Under the pieces are notes generated by a model, which saw only the letters and a program-made list of their open reading frames with translations, was not told the origin of the DNA and did not search any database. DNA of 64,000 nt from Phoronis australis (lineage: Eukaryota; Animalia; Phoronida), in contig NMRA01000525.1 of the NCBI GenBank assembly GCA_002633005.1, positions 193,211 through 257,210 on the forward strand, given 5' to 3'. Shown piece by piece: positions 38,182 to 50,646 of the stretch. Each line of letters begins with the position of its first letter. Positions within the stretch are counted from its first letter, which is position 1. Position numbers and translations under genes: made by a program.

Positions 38182-41100
38182 CTGAAATACCAAAAAAAGT
38201 TTTTGATCAAACCTTTGTTCAATTACTATGATTTACACCATTGTGTTACACATTTCTACTAGATGGATGAACATTTTAGGTACATATGGTCAACATTTTT
38301 TACTCTACCCTCCTTACAGATATAATACTGAACTGTCGGTCATCAGCCACATTCTGTCATATTCTGTTTATTTTGCAGACAATCAGGGTGTACGTGCCAC
38401 AGACTTCGAAGCTGATGAGCATGGAAAATTAACTGAGTAACCAAGCATCGCTAACTGCCCATGTGTGAATTTAACAAAATGTGGCTCACACATTGCCAAT
38501 GTCATCGAAATAACAGTAACTAGGTTACTTTATACCACATTATCAGCCTGACAAGGTCAATACAACCATTGAATAACCCATATAGTCATTCAACGTATGT
38601 TGAATAACATTTTGGCGGGAACCCGAGGCCAGTTTCAAACTGGCTTCGCTAGAGTTTCGAACCATCGACTTAGCCCCTGTGCCGCTCAGCTGCTGTTGAA
38701 TGAGCAGCTCACAGGTGTGTACCAAATGCTGGCTCTGTTTTGATAGTTTTGCCGGCTTCCTACCACATGTTGCATTCACACCATGTCCGTCTTCCTGCTG
38801 TCACGTGTATTTCACTGTTTATTTCGCTTCGCATATGTTCAATTCACTTTTTGCCTGATGATGAAGCAAGCAGTCTCGAAATTAATATAGCCAGTGTTTT
38901 AATTTGTTTGTTATACCTCTCGGTGTATTACTATAGCTGTACACATGAAGAAACGAGATTATTCCGACACTACGAGCAAACCGATATCAAGCTTGCAGAC
39001 AAAAAGACTAGTCGTGTTTTCAGCAAAATTTGTGTAAGCAAAGGGCTACTACCGAACTGCACATGAAAATGAAAGACTTCAATGAGGATGTACAATAATC
39101 GCAGTCAACGAATGGCACAGTAGTGACATTTATACGCTGTGAAAAATAAGACGCACAATTTCAATAAAAACAACATTTTTAATTCAGTAAAGTTTATCTG
39201 TCATTTTTTTCACTTGTAAATCATCTCCAGTTTAATTGCCGGTAACATGTCGGGATCCTTTGACTTGGGACATTTTTCTCAGTAACCAGTTGTAACCTAC
39301 TTTAGCAGACGATATTTTCACGATGGAAGCTTAGCACGACAAGATGTCTAGTAAGTTAGACTAGATTTACTTTATTTCTATTTTGTGTAAATTTTCAGTT
39401 TGTTTTAGGTAAAAGCATTATTTTAACAAGAATAACTCGGCGTTTCTTAAAAGGTCACGACCTCCAACATCGGGCCTCTGACATAGAAAGTAGTTACAAA
39501 GCCAAGACGAGTTGAGAAAGGTAGATCAATTCATTGCAATGTTTATCAATCAGTATAAGGTATAAATAGATTATTACATGCTCTCAGTCGTTATCCCCTT
39601 ATCTAGAGCCCAAGTGGATTATGTAGAATTAGACAATTCTCCAAAATCCACTCGGGTTCTAGGTTACAGGGATAATGTCTGTAATCCTGTTCTAGGATGA
39701 GAACACCCATCATTGCTGAATTGAGCATAGCCAGTACAAACAGATAAATTAATGTGGTGAATAAATAATGTACAAAAACTGTTAGCATACAGTTACCATG
39801 GCGGGCGAGACCAGTACTAATGGCAAGGCTTTGTTACTGAGTTGAAAAATTGACTGTGTGAATTGGGATAGGCAAGTATGCCCACCAAGCCTCGTGATAA
39901 GTGAAAGACAAAAATATTACTTTTCCAAATAATTTTAGGAGTGCAAAATGGGACAAGAATCAAATTAAGTGGAAAATTACTGTAATATTTTTGCTCATTA
40001 TTGGTGCCAAGCAGATATTACTTAGCGGATGATTCATTAAGTCATTTTATGATCTTAAGTTTCCATGTGCCCCATTTTCATTTTTACTTAGTTTTCAATG
40101 AATATTTTCCAGGTTGCCATGAAGAAAGGAAACTAAAATACCAGTATGTGTATGAGAAGTAGAACCTTGGTATATCCCCAACGTAGGATGAGCATTTATT
40201 CCATTCACTACAAGCTTTATTAGACACATTCAATCAACCTACCGGGATTTTCCATAAATAAGCCCATGGGCAAGTCTACAGAAAACAAAAATTTTCAAGC
40301 TTTTCAGTGAAATTTATTTGGAAAGGGGGGGGGGCATGTAAATGGAAAGTCATTGCCTCGGCTTATATGAAAATAACAGCGATTTTTTTGGCAAAAAAAT
40401 ACTTTTTAATTTTAAGTTAATAAAATATAGTTCGTCAACACTGTTTGTTTTTGAGTGATAAATGCTCCACAAAATTGAACTTGTGTCAAAAGCTGATGCT
40501 GAGTGGGCTTTTAAGAGGAAATTTATTTTTGGAATAAATGCCCCACTACAGTATCTGGACACTTGACACAAGAGGTTGTAACACCAAATAAATGCCCATG
40601 GGCGATTATGCATCGTAATTTTCCGAATAAACGCACAGCAGCCATTTGCCATGAGCCAGAGTCAATCAACCTGTTACAACTAGAACTTCACAGTAGAAAA
40701 CAAGATGTCAAACTTAAGACAAATGGGTTTTGATACTTCAATGCAATCGAATGGTGCCATCCCGAATTACACGGCAACAGAACTCTCCTTTGTCCTAGAG
40801 ATAAGAAAGTGCATAATCTAGTTTTGGACATAAGACACATTTTCGTGTCGCTCATTGATGTCGGGAAGACGAAAAACTTCAGACCACGCATCCACAGGTA
40901 TTTGCCCAGCTTATCAAACTTTTTCACATCAAAATTGTAGCCCACAGCACAGCAGCAATACTTTGTTGGCATTTGAAGGACGAAAAGAATCTGGAAAAAC
41001 ATGCAGAGAATACGACAACAAATGAAATGTGAAACTTTTGTGGCATAAAACATAGGCAGCAAATGTGCCTGGTGGATGTCTACGGCATTATGGGTAAATA

Positions 41101-41661
41101 CAGTCAGATTCCAGTGTCGCTGTGTAATCCGGGACGGCCCTATTTGTTCATTTTTGTATTTGTGTGAACTAACTGCATGCCTGTCAGCCCCAACGATACA
41201 ATGAAAACAGTGTGTACAAAAGAAAAGTTTAGGTGACTCTTTGTTGTTAACCTAAACCTCGCGAAAGATGATGACAAAAATAAGTAGTGGGTGTGAAAAA
41301 TATGGTGAGAGTACAACAAAGTGGAAATTCCCGAGATTCATAGGGCTTACACAAAACTTGTCCAACTGAATGTAGCCAATGGGCCTATTTAAGTTTGACG
41401 TACGTTTTTGACTTAAGTTTTGCCTTAAGTTTGAAAAACTTACCAGATGTGGAAATTTCAAAAATTGGAAGTTGAGACAAATCTTAGACTTCAGTCAAAA
41501 GTGAACTTAAGTCAGTTTCTTGGAATGGGGTCAAAGCTTGTGTCACACAACTCAACTTAGACACCACTCAACTTAGACACCACTTATCTGAATGATCTTT
41601 TATAGCTCACAAATATTCAAGTCGGTTCAAACAAAAGAACTGTCTGATGTGCTTGGCAAGA

Positions 41662-41786
41662 GGAGGCTGTGTGGTCTAGTGGGATAGATGGCTGCTCTCT
41701 TTACTCAAGGCCGTGGGTTCAAGTCCCACTGGGGCACACCGCTAGACCCTTGAGTCAGGTCTCTACTTGCTCAGCTCGGTTTTAAC
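41662..41786 (+). mobile_element. tRNA-derived SINE
   Basis: A box TGGTCTAGTGG 41672-41682, B box GGTTCAAGTCC 41716-41726; 3' tail CTCAGCTCGGTTTTAAC shared with 36614-36738. Confidence 0.7.
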
Positions 41787-41894
41787 TTTATACTGATATT
41801 GAAAGTAGATTACACAACAGAAAGGAAATGCTTCTTGACAGTCATAATTATCCATACGTAATGAATATAATGTAACTTTGACATATATGTGCGA

Positions 41895-42152
41895 ATTAAG
41901 GTATTAAGGCCTGGAATTAAGGTATTAAGGTATTAAGGTATTAAGGCCGGGAATTAAGGTATTAAGGTATTAAGGTATTAAGGCCTGGAATTAAGGTATT
42001 AAGGCCTGGAATTAAGGTATTAAGGCCTGGAATTAAGGTATTAAGGTATTAAGGTATTAAGGCCTGGAATTAAGGTATTAAGGTATTAAGGCCTGGAATT
42101 AAGGTATTAAGGTATTAAGGCCTGGAATTAAGGTATTAAGGTATTAAGGCCT
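41895..42152. repeat. Compound minisatellite (TATTAAGG and CCTGGAATTAAGG units)
   Basis: Direct reading of the sequence. Confidence 0.95.
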
Positions 42153-42937
42153 AGTGTAAGTTAGTCAATGTTCGAAGTCAGTGAAAAAGAAAAACGAGTT
42201 AACCAAATTTTCAAAACCACAGCAATCTGACTTATCTGTAACCTGCCAGCTAGCTGTATGAAGACTATTGTATATTCAGTATACAGCTTATTGTCTTACA
42301 TCTTGTATCTGTTACTGAATGGCAGACACTGGCGCCACTTTAAGAGCTATTTATTAAACGCAAAGACAAAACGTGAAAAACACGCATGCTCACAATAATG
42401 CAACAATAGTCTTTCGCGCTGTACATACTTCGCAACCAAAGACCAGTCAAGCCTCTCGCATTCAGCGAGTGACATTTGTACTTGAAACCAATCCCAGTTA
42501 GAGCAGGTGTTTTCTCACATATTCCGATAATTGACCTGAATTGACCCTAATTTCATTCATATTTAACAAAACTACCAAAACGCAACAGTTTAGGACAAGT
42601 CTTGCATCGTTTGCCTAGGAACCCCAGTTTGGATCCTGTTTGATTATTTATCCTGTCATGATGAATTTCAAGATCACCTGAAGTGCCTGAAAACGGAATT
42701 GGTACCCAACTAAATGACCATCCTGAGAAGTAATGTTTGCATAGCAAAAGCGCTCTCTTTTCGAATCGTAAACCATCAGCAAAGCACGGAACATACGAAG
42801 CTGGAAAATAGTCATGATTGCTTTCACTGTGTCAATGAAATTGCAGATCTCTTGTAGTGTACTCAAAATTTGCACAAACATTTCCTTGATCTCTAGCAGT
42901 CAGCCTTGAGAGCTCTTCAACATGCAAAATTATTTAC

Positions 42938-43096
42938 CTTTTCTCGAAGAGCACGTCTTTTCACTGTTATAATGCCCACTATCCTCTCAACTAAGAAAAA
43001 CAGGTAAAATCCACCAAGCACCACCAGACCACGCAACACGCTCCCCGAACTGTGACCTGCCTCTTCCCCGTGATGGCCATGGCCACCAGAGTATGC
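42938..43096 (-). CDS. SLC39A10: ZIP6/10-like coding exon 4 (TM3)
   Basis: cag|AYSGGHGHHGEEAGHSSGSVLRGLVVLGGFYLFFLVERIVGIITVKRRALREK|gtaaat; 159 nt. Confidence 0.93.
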
Positions 43097-44081
43097 CTGT
43101 GAACAAAGACAAAAGAGTGGTGACCATACTTCCATGCGCTGACCATACCTCCGTTCGGCTATTGGCAATTACAGTTATCTAGTATCTTAATAAATGACCT
43201 CAACTCTAAGTCAATTATCAAAAAACAGCCTTGTCAACCATTAAAAGTATATATTTTCTGAAAGGAGGAAGATCGCGGATTCTAAAAATATGTTCAACTG
43301 TGTCTTTATTATTGTCATGTGACCATGTTTTTAAATCAAATTTTCGTGAGCAAGAAAGGTACATTCACAGCAAAATAACCCTCCAGACGATTTCACTAAA
43401 ACTTTATGAAAAGAAAACTTTACGCTATGTCTCAAACGCGATGCAATGTTCTTCCCAGTAAGAACACATACAATTAATTTCCATTATGATCCTTAGAGTG
43501 ATTTGGCCAACAAATAAATGTACGCCGAAAAAACTGAGCATAATAAACATGGCCACTAGGATGCGTACACTAGGTCAAATCTAGTAAAAAGAGGTGTCAT
43601 CGCCTTTTTTAACACCTTACTTGCTAAAATATGCCAAAGAATTCCAAAGATACAGAAGAAAGTGGGAATTAATCAAATTGCTACATTCAGTTCTCTAAAT
43701 CCCTATAGTCTTTGAGATACTTTATTCCCTGTTAACTAATGTTGGCCTGGTGTGCATTTGCTTGGAACAACAGAGACTGGCGCAAATGGACCATCAAACA
43801 TTCTTATCAGCATTTTTATGCATTCACTTCTATTGAGCAAACACTGTCCAACACGCTATTGAACAAACTGTGTCAGTTCAACGAGTTTGCACAATGAAAG
43901 TGAATGCTAAACAACGATGAAGGACTTATGTTGATACATTTACGCAAGTTACTGCTGTTACAAGGATAGTAAATGGATGCCAGGACAACAGTAATAAAAC
44001 TGGGATCTAAAATTTCAATAAATTAAAAGGGAACATCCAAATCCGTTGCTTTCGCCTCTTTACGATATCGCCCATACTTAC

Positions 44082-44251
44082 GTGTGGCAACAGGTGAAGC
44101 AGAGCATCTCCTGTCAATGTGCCGACTGCCATGGCAACTAAAAACTGCAAGAGCTCGTGGTAGAACTTCTTGCTTATGACTGGGATGATGGCGGCACAGA
44201 CTAGACCAATAAAGGTAATGACCAAGACAGCACCAATGCTGCATCCCCACA
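44082..44251 (-). CDS. SLC39A10: ZIP6/10-like coding exon 3 (TM1-TM2)
   Basis: VWGCSIGAVLVITFIGLV...FLVAMAVGTLTGDALLHLLPH|gtaagt; 170 nt, phases consistent. Confidence 0.95.
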
Positions 44252-44693
44252 CTGGAAAACAATGATTTTACATCACATCCGTTTGTATCCAGGCAGTCGT
44301 GCTTATCAAGAGTAAACTGATGCGGGTGAATTATACCGAGAAATTTTGAAGCATCTGGGTCTGTTTCATGAAAAGTGACGAGACCAAAATTTGGTAGCTC
44401 CAAATAACTATCCAAACACGATCACGTTCGCTACCCAGATGTCAGCTGGCTTATGACAGTTACATATTGCTTGAGAACACGCTTGATGTGTAAAATGGGA
44501 ACCATGCATGAGATTAGCCTACTTGAGGCGCTGCACGTCCCAAGCAATGGCAAAATCATTAATTCAAGCTAAGAAATCTTGACTTTCAGTAAGGAACAAA
44601 TTGAGGCAAACTTCAGCAAATGGTCTGAATGAAGAGTTATATTTCTTGACAAAAAACAGGTTCATAGCAGGTAGCTATACTGATGTCAGTTAC

Positions 44694-44886
44694 CTTTCGC
44701 TGATGTTGTGGACGCGAGAGATGTGTTCAACATACGATAGTTCTTCACTAACTCACGTACATGTGAGCAGGCACGACTGTCTAGTTGAGAGATCAAGGTT
44801 GGGCACAAGTCAGCAAATACCTCTGGAGTGATAGACGACTCGTTCTTGACACGTGATTTTGACAAGATAACCTTGGGAGGGAGACA
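44694..44886 (-). CDS. SLC39A10: ZIP6/10-like coding exon 2 (PAL-motif domain)
   Basis: Not in ORF track. tag|TGT CTC... gives CLPPKVILSKSRVKNESSITPEVFADLCPTLISQLDSRACSHVRELVKNYRMLNTSLASTTSAK; CPTLISQLDSRAC equals the LIV-1 CPALLYQ motif; donor GTAAC; 193 nt. Confidence 0.88.
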
Positions 44887-46380
44887 CTACAACATCAGGG
44901 AGAAAAATACAATTCACACATTAAAAACTGACAGATAACAGAGACTGTAATGATACTCGAGTGGGCAAAATACATACTAGAGTTCAAGGGGGCTAATTGA
45001 GCCCAGAAACTGATTGGTATGAAAGAAAATCACCACAAGCATTTCAATATTTTTAATGCTTACAAATACTTATTTGGGATCCAGACAGCCATCTTAATAG
45101 ATGATAAGGCCAAAAAAGCTGGTTTGTATCTTTACTGACTTCATGACACTAATTAACATTTGGCCTTTTGTCACCCCAATGCTGTAAACCAGACTGCGAC
45201 TGAACCATCCTTCCATAAAAGTTAACTAATGTGCGTGGCTCAGCCGCACTGCTGAAGAAAACCTATACACGCTAATTTCTCTAATAATGTGCTGATTTTA
45301 AAAATGTGAAGATGGATAATATTTACTTTTTCCAAATTTGTAAGCAGTCAGGTTGGTCCTTGACTTACTTATTTTTTGCTTTTTTTGATTTTGAAACTCG
45401 CATGCTTATCAAGCATGTTGTTACTATAGCAACTATCTCATCCAATACACATTCAGCCAACCCCAAGAATAGCGACTAGCTCACTTGAATCTGTGGCAGC
45501 ACCATCAACCCTTTGATGTACCAAGAACTTGGCTGGAGACTGCGGGGTAAAAGATGTACACGTTCTCATTCCGCCACTTCCGTGCAAATAGTGCTGCCTA
45601 CTGAGTACTAGTGCTGCTATGATTGGCCAAGTGATCAGTATAACATCCTGCATCATTTTTGGTCGTCCGAAGCGGATTTTATTTTTTGAAAAAGTAGGGC
45701 AACTAAAAATATCGCACAACCAACATCACTTTAAAAAAATCAGAAACAGCTGTTTTTTGGCCTGGTAGAGAACTGCCGAAGCATTTTAATATTTAATAAA
45801 CAGTCAAATAGTACACAACTTCATTTTGCTGACATGCTTCGAGGTACACTCATGACTCTCAAAAGTACAAGAACCACCATGATGTAAAGCTCAAGGTAAC
45901 AAGTAAAATGTCATGCAGTTTATCTGTACTTTTGAGAAACATGTCAGGATAATGAAGTTGTGTACATTTCAATATATTTTCTTGAATACAACAAAGCATA
46001 ACCAGGAAAACAATAATCAAATTCAAAACACCATTGACTCCTAACAACCAGAGTAGGTTACCTTTTAGGAATGAGTTCCATGTCCGTCATACTCAGGTTA
46101 AGCGCAATTCTTTTTTTTTGACAAAATCTGCCATTTTAAACTCAATGTTTAGTGAATTTACCCAAAATCATTACCAAAATGGCTCCTCTACAATTCTCAA
46201 CAGATAGACAAATAATAAGAAATGAGGAAGTACGAACTATAATAATAAGAATATCAAGTTTCCTTAACATTTATAGGTAAGAAATTTGATTTAATCATTA
46301 ATGCCGTGTTTTCATCATACTGTGTGCTAAGATCTATCATACCCAGTTGAAGCATTGAATAATGACGGTCTCTGGCCTAC

Positions 46381-46731
46381 CTGGCTGATGCTTGGAGTTA
46401 CTTCCCCTCTCTCAGGCTTTTTCTTGTGGGAGGGCATGGAAGAGAGATTGCTACCAGGCAAATCCACGTGATTCTTGTCAGACTTGTGATTTAGACGAAA
46501 CTTGACAAAACTATCATTGAGTCTGTGATTCTGAAGAGAATGACTCAGGATTGTCGTGCGCCCAAGGCTTAGATTCTCCATTAGGAGCTCAAAGCCTTCA
46601 TATGTCATATGTTTCCCATTACCATATTTACTGAAGAGATCCTTGATAAAAACATTGTCCCCAGAAGAGCTGAAGACCACCAGTATGAGAAGAACTAAAC
46701 ATGATGCTTTCAAATGAGCTGCTCCAACCAT
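46381..46731 (-). CDS. SLC39A10: LIV-1 zinc transporter ZIP6/ZIP10/foi-like, coding exon 1 (signal peptide, ectodomain)
   Basis: MVGAAHLKASCLVLLILVVFSSS signal peptide; FIKDLFSKYGNGKHMTYEGFELLMENLSLG matches ZIP6/10 ectodomain helix; acceptor AG at 46821-46820, donor GTAGGC after 46381 (phase 0). Symbol denotes the ZIP6/10 group, not proven 1:1 orthology. Confidence 0.9.
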
Positions 46732-46737
46732 TTCACC

Positions 46738-46776
46738 TTAAATGAAAATGTTCACATCCATTGTAATAATCATCAT
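46738..46776 (-). promoter_or_regulatory. In-frame uORF (MMIITMDVNIFI*) ending 6 nt before ZIP start codon
   Basis: Minus strand reads ATG ATG ATT ATT ACA ATG GAT GTG AAC ATT TTC ATT TAA GGT GAA ATG, inside the exon defined by the 46821-46820 acceptor. Confidence 0.55.
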
Positions 46777-47400
46777 TTGCAATTATCTGGGTTAATGTAT
46801 TCCACGCACCAAAACGAAACTGAACAAAAATTAACATTACTTAGCACCTAGTGCATTGTATTTGGTTCCATCATGTTTTAGGGTGTATCCCATTTGGTTC
46901 CATCATGTTTTAGGGTGTATCCCTGTTACTTGCAACAGAAATTAACTCATCACAGCGTAAATAACTATTCATGTGTAAATGATGAACTTAATTTAAAAAT
47001 CAATTTTTATTTACGTCGCTAAATGTTAATTTGTGTAGCAAATATTACGCAGTTAAAAGTTATCTCAGTACCCCGTAGTATCAATTTACACGTTAACAAG
47101 TGCAACATATGTTCACCCAGTTGGCGACTCACTGAAAGATTATGTGTCCATCTACACTGACTGTGTCTGCAGATTCAGCACAATGGTGAACATGTAACGG
47201 CAACGGAGAAAACCCACGGTTTCTATACACAGACATGTCTACCACGGGTTGTCAGCACTACTGAGCTCCAACTTGGAATTCTTTTGATCTCAAGGTCACT
47301 TATGTGTTAAAGCACATCTAATGTAACTGTAAATTCTAACCAACTTGCATTGACTTTTTTATTCACCATTCGAACAAGGATTCGTCAACTCATTCACCAG

Positions 47401-48811
47401 GGCCCCGTCTCTAATCTTTGTACTGAAACGAACTCGAAACTATTTTTGGCCGGGATATTTCTCTGCTCCTTTTGTGCGAATAACTTAAGATAATTGGTTA
47501 TCAGACTGTGCTCGAATACATTATAGTTTATGCATAGGAGTTTCTAGTTCAAGTTTGCCCTTCAAGACCCTTATATTCGTGCTACAAACTCTAGTAAAAA
47601 CTCGAAATTTCGAGTTCAAACTCGAACTCATTGCTTTAGTATTGGGTTTACAAACTGTGAACTAAGGGCAATAAATTATCTACGTAAGTTAATGTCTACT
47701 CGAACATAGAATAATCATAGGCGGATTTAGGGGGGGGCCCAGGGGGCCCGGGCCCCCCCCCCTTAGCTGCCGCAAAAAAATAAAACAGTAAGAGCGTAGG
47801 GAAATAGTGAGTATAATAATAAACCCAAAATTATACGGATGAAAAGAAGATTTANGCTCAAACCCAATTTCAAGTGTCAGTTAAATTCGGAACACGGCGC
47901 ATTCGTAACGGAGCTATGACTAAGTATAGGCTTTCCCGCGATATCCCAGGCGACCGGCAGTGGCGCTGCGCACTACGACTCCGTTTTCGTCGTCTGCTCC
48001 ACTGTGCAAGGAAGTAAATTTACTTCATTTTTTAAAGAGAATGGAATCTGAGTGACGATGAAAAAATAGAAGCTGCTGGTAAGATGTGAATTTTAATCGA
48101 AGCCTTAGTGGATCACTCAGAAACTCGCAATACTCTCTTTGTCAAACCTTATCTTAAGACGATTTCCAAAGCAATCCCGTCATTATTGCCAACACGAAAA
48201 ACGGATTTGGTCTTTTGCCATTGGGCATTTGAAGACTATTTTAAATACGAAAAATTTGTTAACAATTGATGGCACAAAATATAAAACATGTAATAAGCGT
48301 TACGAAAAGAAGTAGGTTTCGCGCGCAAACGCTGTGGACCATAAACAAGTAGGTCTTTTAGTATGATGTGTGTGGTTAATCGTGGTGGTGTAGTGGTAAC
48401 GCACGCGCTCGCTATCCGATAGATCGTGAGTTCGAGTCTTTGGTGCGTTCAATTTTTCCTGTATGACACCGTCTCCGTGTTTCGTTTTTTTCATTTTTTT
48501 TCTTGGATAATACTTCAGGAATCAAGGAAAATGCTTGATTTTTAGAGGTAAAAACAGAAAAATTTCCTGAGCGGGATGGGGGATTTGCCCCCCTCCCGAC
48601 CTCCCCCCATTCGGTGCTATGCGCATCTACAATCGTGGTTCAGTTTGCACAAATGCTTACAGCCGGACAAAATGTTGGCCCCCCCCCCTTGTGATATCCT
48701 AGATCCGCCACTGATAATAGACACTTATTTTGAGTTCGCCCAAAAGTAGAGTAGAAAATGCCAAACTTAATTTCGAGTTCCATTTCGAGTAAAAAGATTG
48801 GAGACCGGGCC
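47401..48811. mobile_element. PIF/Harbinger-like MITE (host of hAT-like copy A); related copy at ~20561-20940
   Basis: TIR GGCCCCGTCTCTAATCTTT / AAAGATTGGAGACCGGGCC flanked by CAG/CTG; internal ACTCGAAATTTCGAGT motifs shared with the 20.6-20.9 kb copy. Confidence 0.65.
47716..48713 (-). mobile_element. ~1-kb hAT-like MITE (5-bp TSD), copy A, nested in a Harbinger-like MITE
   Basis: Ends CATAGGCGGATTTAGG / CCTAGATCCGCCACTG; TSD ATAAT (47711-47715, 48714-48718); reverse complement of 49634-50646 and 53398-54303. Confidence 0.85.
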
Positions 48812-49199
48812 CTGGCCTTCGGATTCTACGTCCTTAACTTAAGTTCAGACTGGGAGAGTATTGGTCCTAGGTCCTAGGTTCCGGTAAATGAGAAAATGGG
48901 TGACGGATGGCTAATAATTACAAATACATTGTACACTGACCAAACACATTCAACTGTTTGCTTTATGAGCATTTAATTCTAAATCCACGCATACGCGATC
49001 TTGATACAACACAGAATTCCACGTCCACTTACTGCAGCATGACGACCAGACACCCTAACACTTTGTGACGAAACTCCGGGAAGATGTGAAATCGTACTTT
49101 GTTTATAGAGTCGGCAAACAAATTATTAGATATCCACTCTTAACTTGGAAAAGTTACAGTCTTAATTCTAGTACGAATTTTAGAACTTGAAATTCTTAC

Positions 49200-49310
49200 C
49201 TTAGCGATGTCACCTTGGGAGAACTTGTGATATCTTGGAATAAATTATAGCTGCCAAGCCGCGTGTTATGTGAAATTCAAGATGGCGATGCTCCACGTGA
49301 CGTGATTGAA
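49200..49310 (-). promoter_or_regulatory. Probable promoter and non-coding first exon of the ZIP gene
   Basis: AAG|GTAAG donor at 49199; CAAGATGGCG (YY1-like) 49278-49287; overlapping CACGTG/TGACGT 49294-49303; exon has no ATG. Confidence 0.6.
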
Positions 49311-49633
49311 ATGTGAAAATGTCCCGTATGTTACTCAACATGTGAAACACGTGTCGACCAGTCAGTAACGAGCTAGTCTGACTCATGATTGGTCACAAAA
49401 TGACGACGAGTAACTTAGCAACCGTGGAGCGAGGAGAGATAGTCTAAGACCCAGGATGTTTCTTGCAGAGCGTCGTTAAAGAGAAACACGAACCTGCAAC
49501 CACTAACTGACTAAGGTCTATAGTACGTGTAGAGAGCTCACTTGTGCCCGATAGTAAAAACTATCAACTGAAACTTGGCCTACCTGTTGCGACTGGTTAA
49601 AAACAGCTACAAGATATAAGATTCTGAATCCTA

Positions 49634-50646
49634 CAGTGGCGTATTTAGGACTTCACAACTGAGGGGGGGGGGGGGNGCAACATTTTGTCCGGCTGTAAGC
49701 ATTTGCGCAAACGATTTTAGATGCGTATAGCACCGAATGGGGGCAGGGGCGAACAACCTCCCGTCCAGGAAAATTTTCTGTTTTTTCCTCTAAAAATCAA
49801 GCATTTTCCTTGATTCCTGAAGTATTATCCAAGAAAAAAAGGCAAAGAAAAACACGGAGAACGTGCCAAACAGGAAAAACTGCAAGCGACACAGACTCGA
49901 ACTCACGACCTGGCGGTTAGTGCGCGTGCTTTACCAGACTACTACACCACCACGATTTAATTCATACTCTGATACTAAGAGACCGTACTTGTTTATGGTC
50001 CACAGCGTTTGCGCGCGAAACCTACTTCTTTTTGTACTGCTTATTACACGTTTTATACTTTGTGCAATCCGTTCTTAACAATTTTTTGTATTTAAAATAG
50101 TCTTCAAATGCCCAAAAGACCAAATCCGTTTTTCGTATTGACAATAATGACGTGATTGCTTTAGAAATCGTCTTAAGTTAAGGTTTGACAAAGAGAGAGT
50201 TTATGTATTTCTATGTGATTCACTAAGGCTTCTATTAAAATTCACATCTTACCAGCAGCTTCTATTTTTTCATCGTCACTCAGGTTCCATTTTCTTTAAA
50301 AAATGAAGTAAATTTTCTTCATTGTACAGTGGAGCAGACGACGGAAAAAGAGTCGTAGTGCGCAGCGCTTCTGCCTTGGGATATCGCAGGAGAGCCTATA
50401 CTTAGCAGTAGTTCCGTTACGAATGCGCCGTGTTCCGAATTTGACACTTGCAATTGGATCTGAGCCCCCCCCCCTAAACACTAAAACTGCACACATTTAA
50501 ATCTTGTTTCATCCGTATAATTTCAATTACCGGGGTTAATTAATAAACTCAACATTTCCCTACGCCCTTGCTGTTTTATTTTTTGCGGCAGCCAAGGGGG
50601 GCGGGGAGGCCGGGCCCCCTGCCCCCCCCCCTTAAATCCGCCTATG
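49634..50646 (+). mobile_element. ~1-kb hAT-like MITE (5-bp TSD), copy B
   Basis: Ends CAGTGGCGTATTTAGG / TAAATCCGCCTATG; TSD TCCTA (49629-49633, 50647-50651). Confidence 0.85.

Noticed and set aside
48382-48445. tRNA gene candidates here and at 36614, 41662, 14574
   Set aside because: A/B boxes present but no consistent cloverleaf; embedded in multi-copy MITE/SINE bodies.
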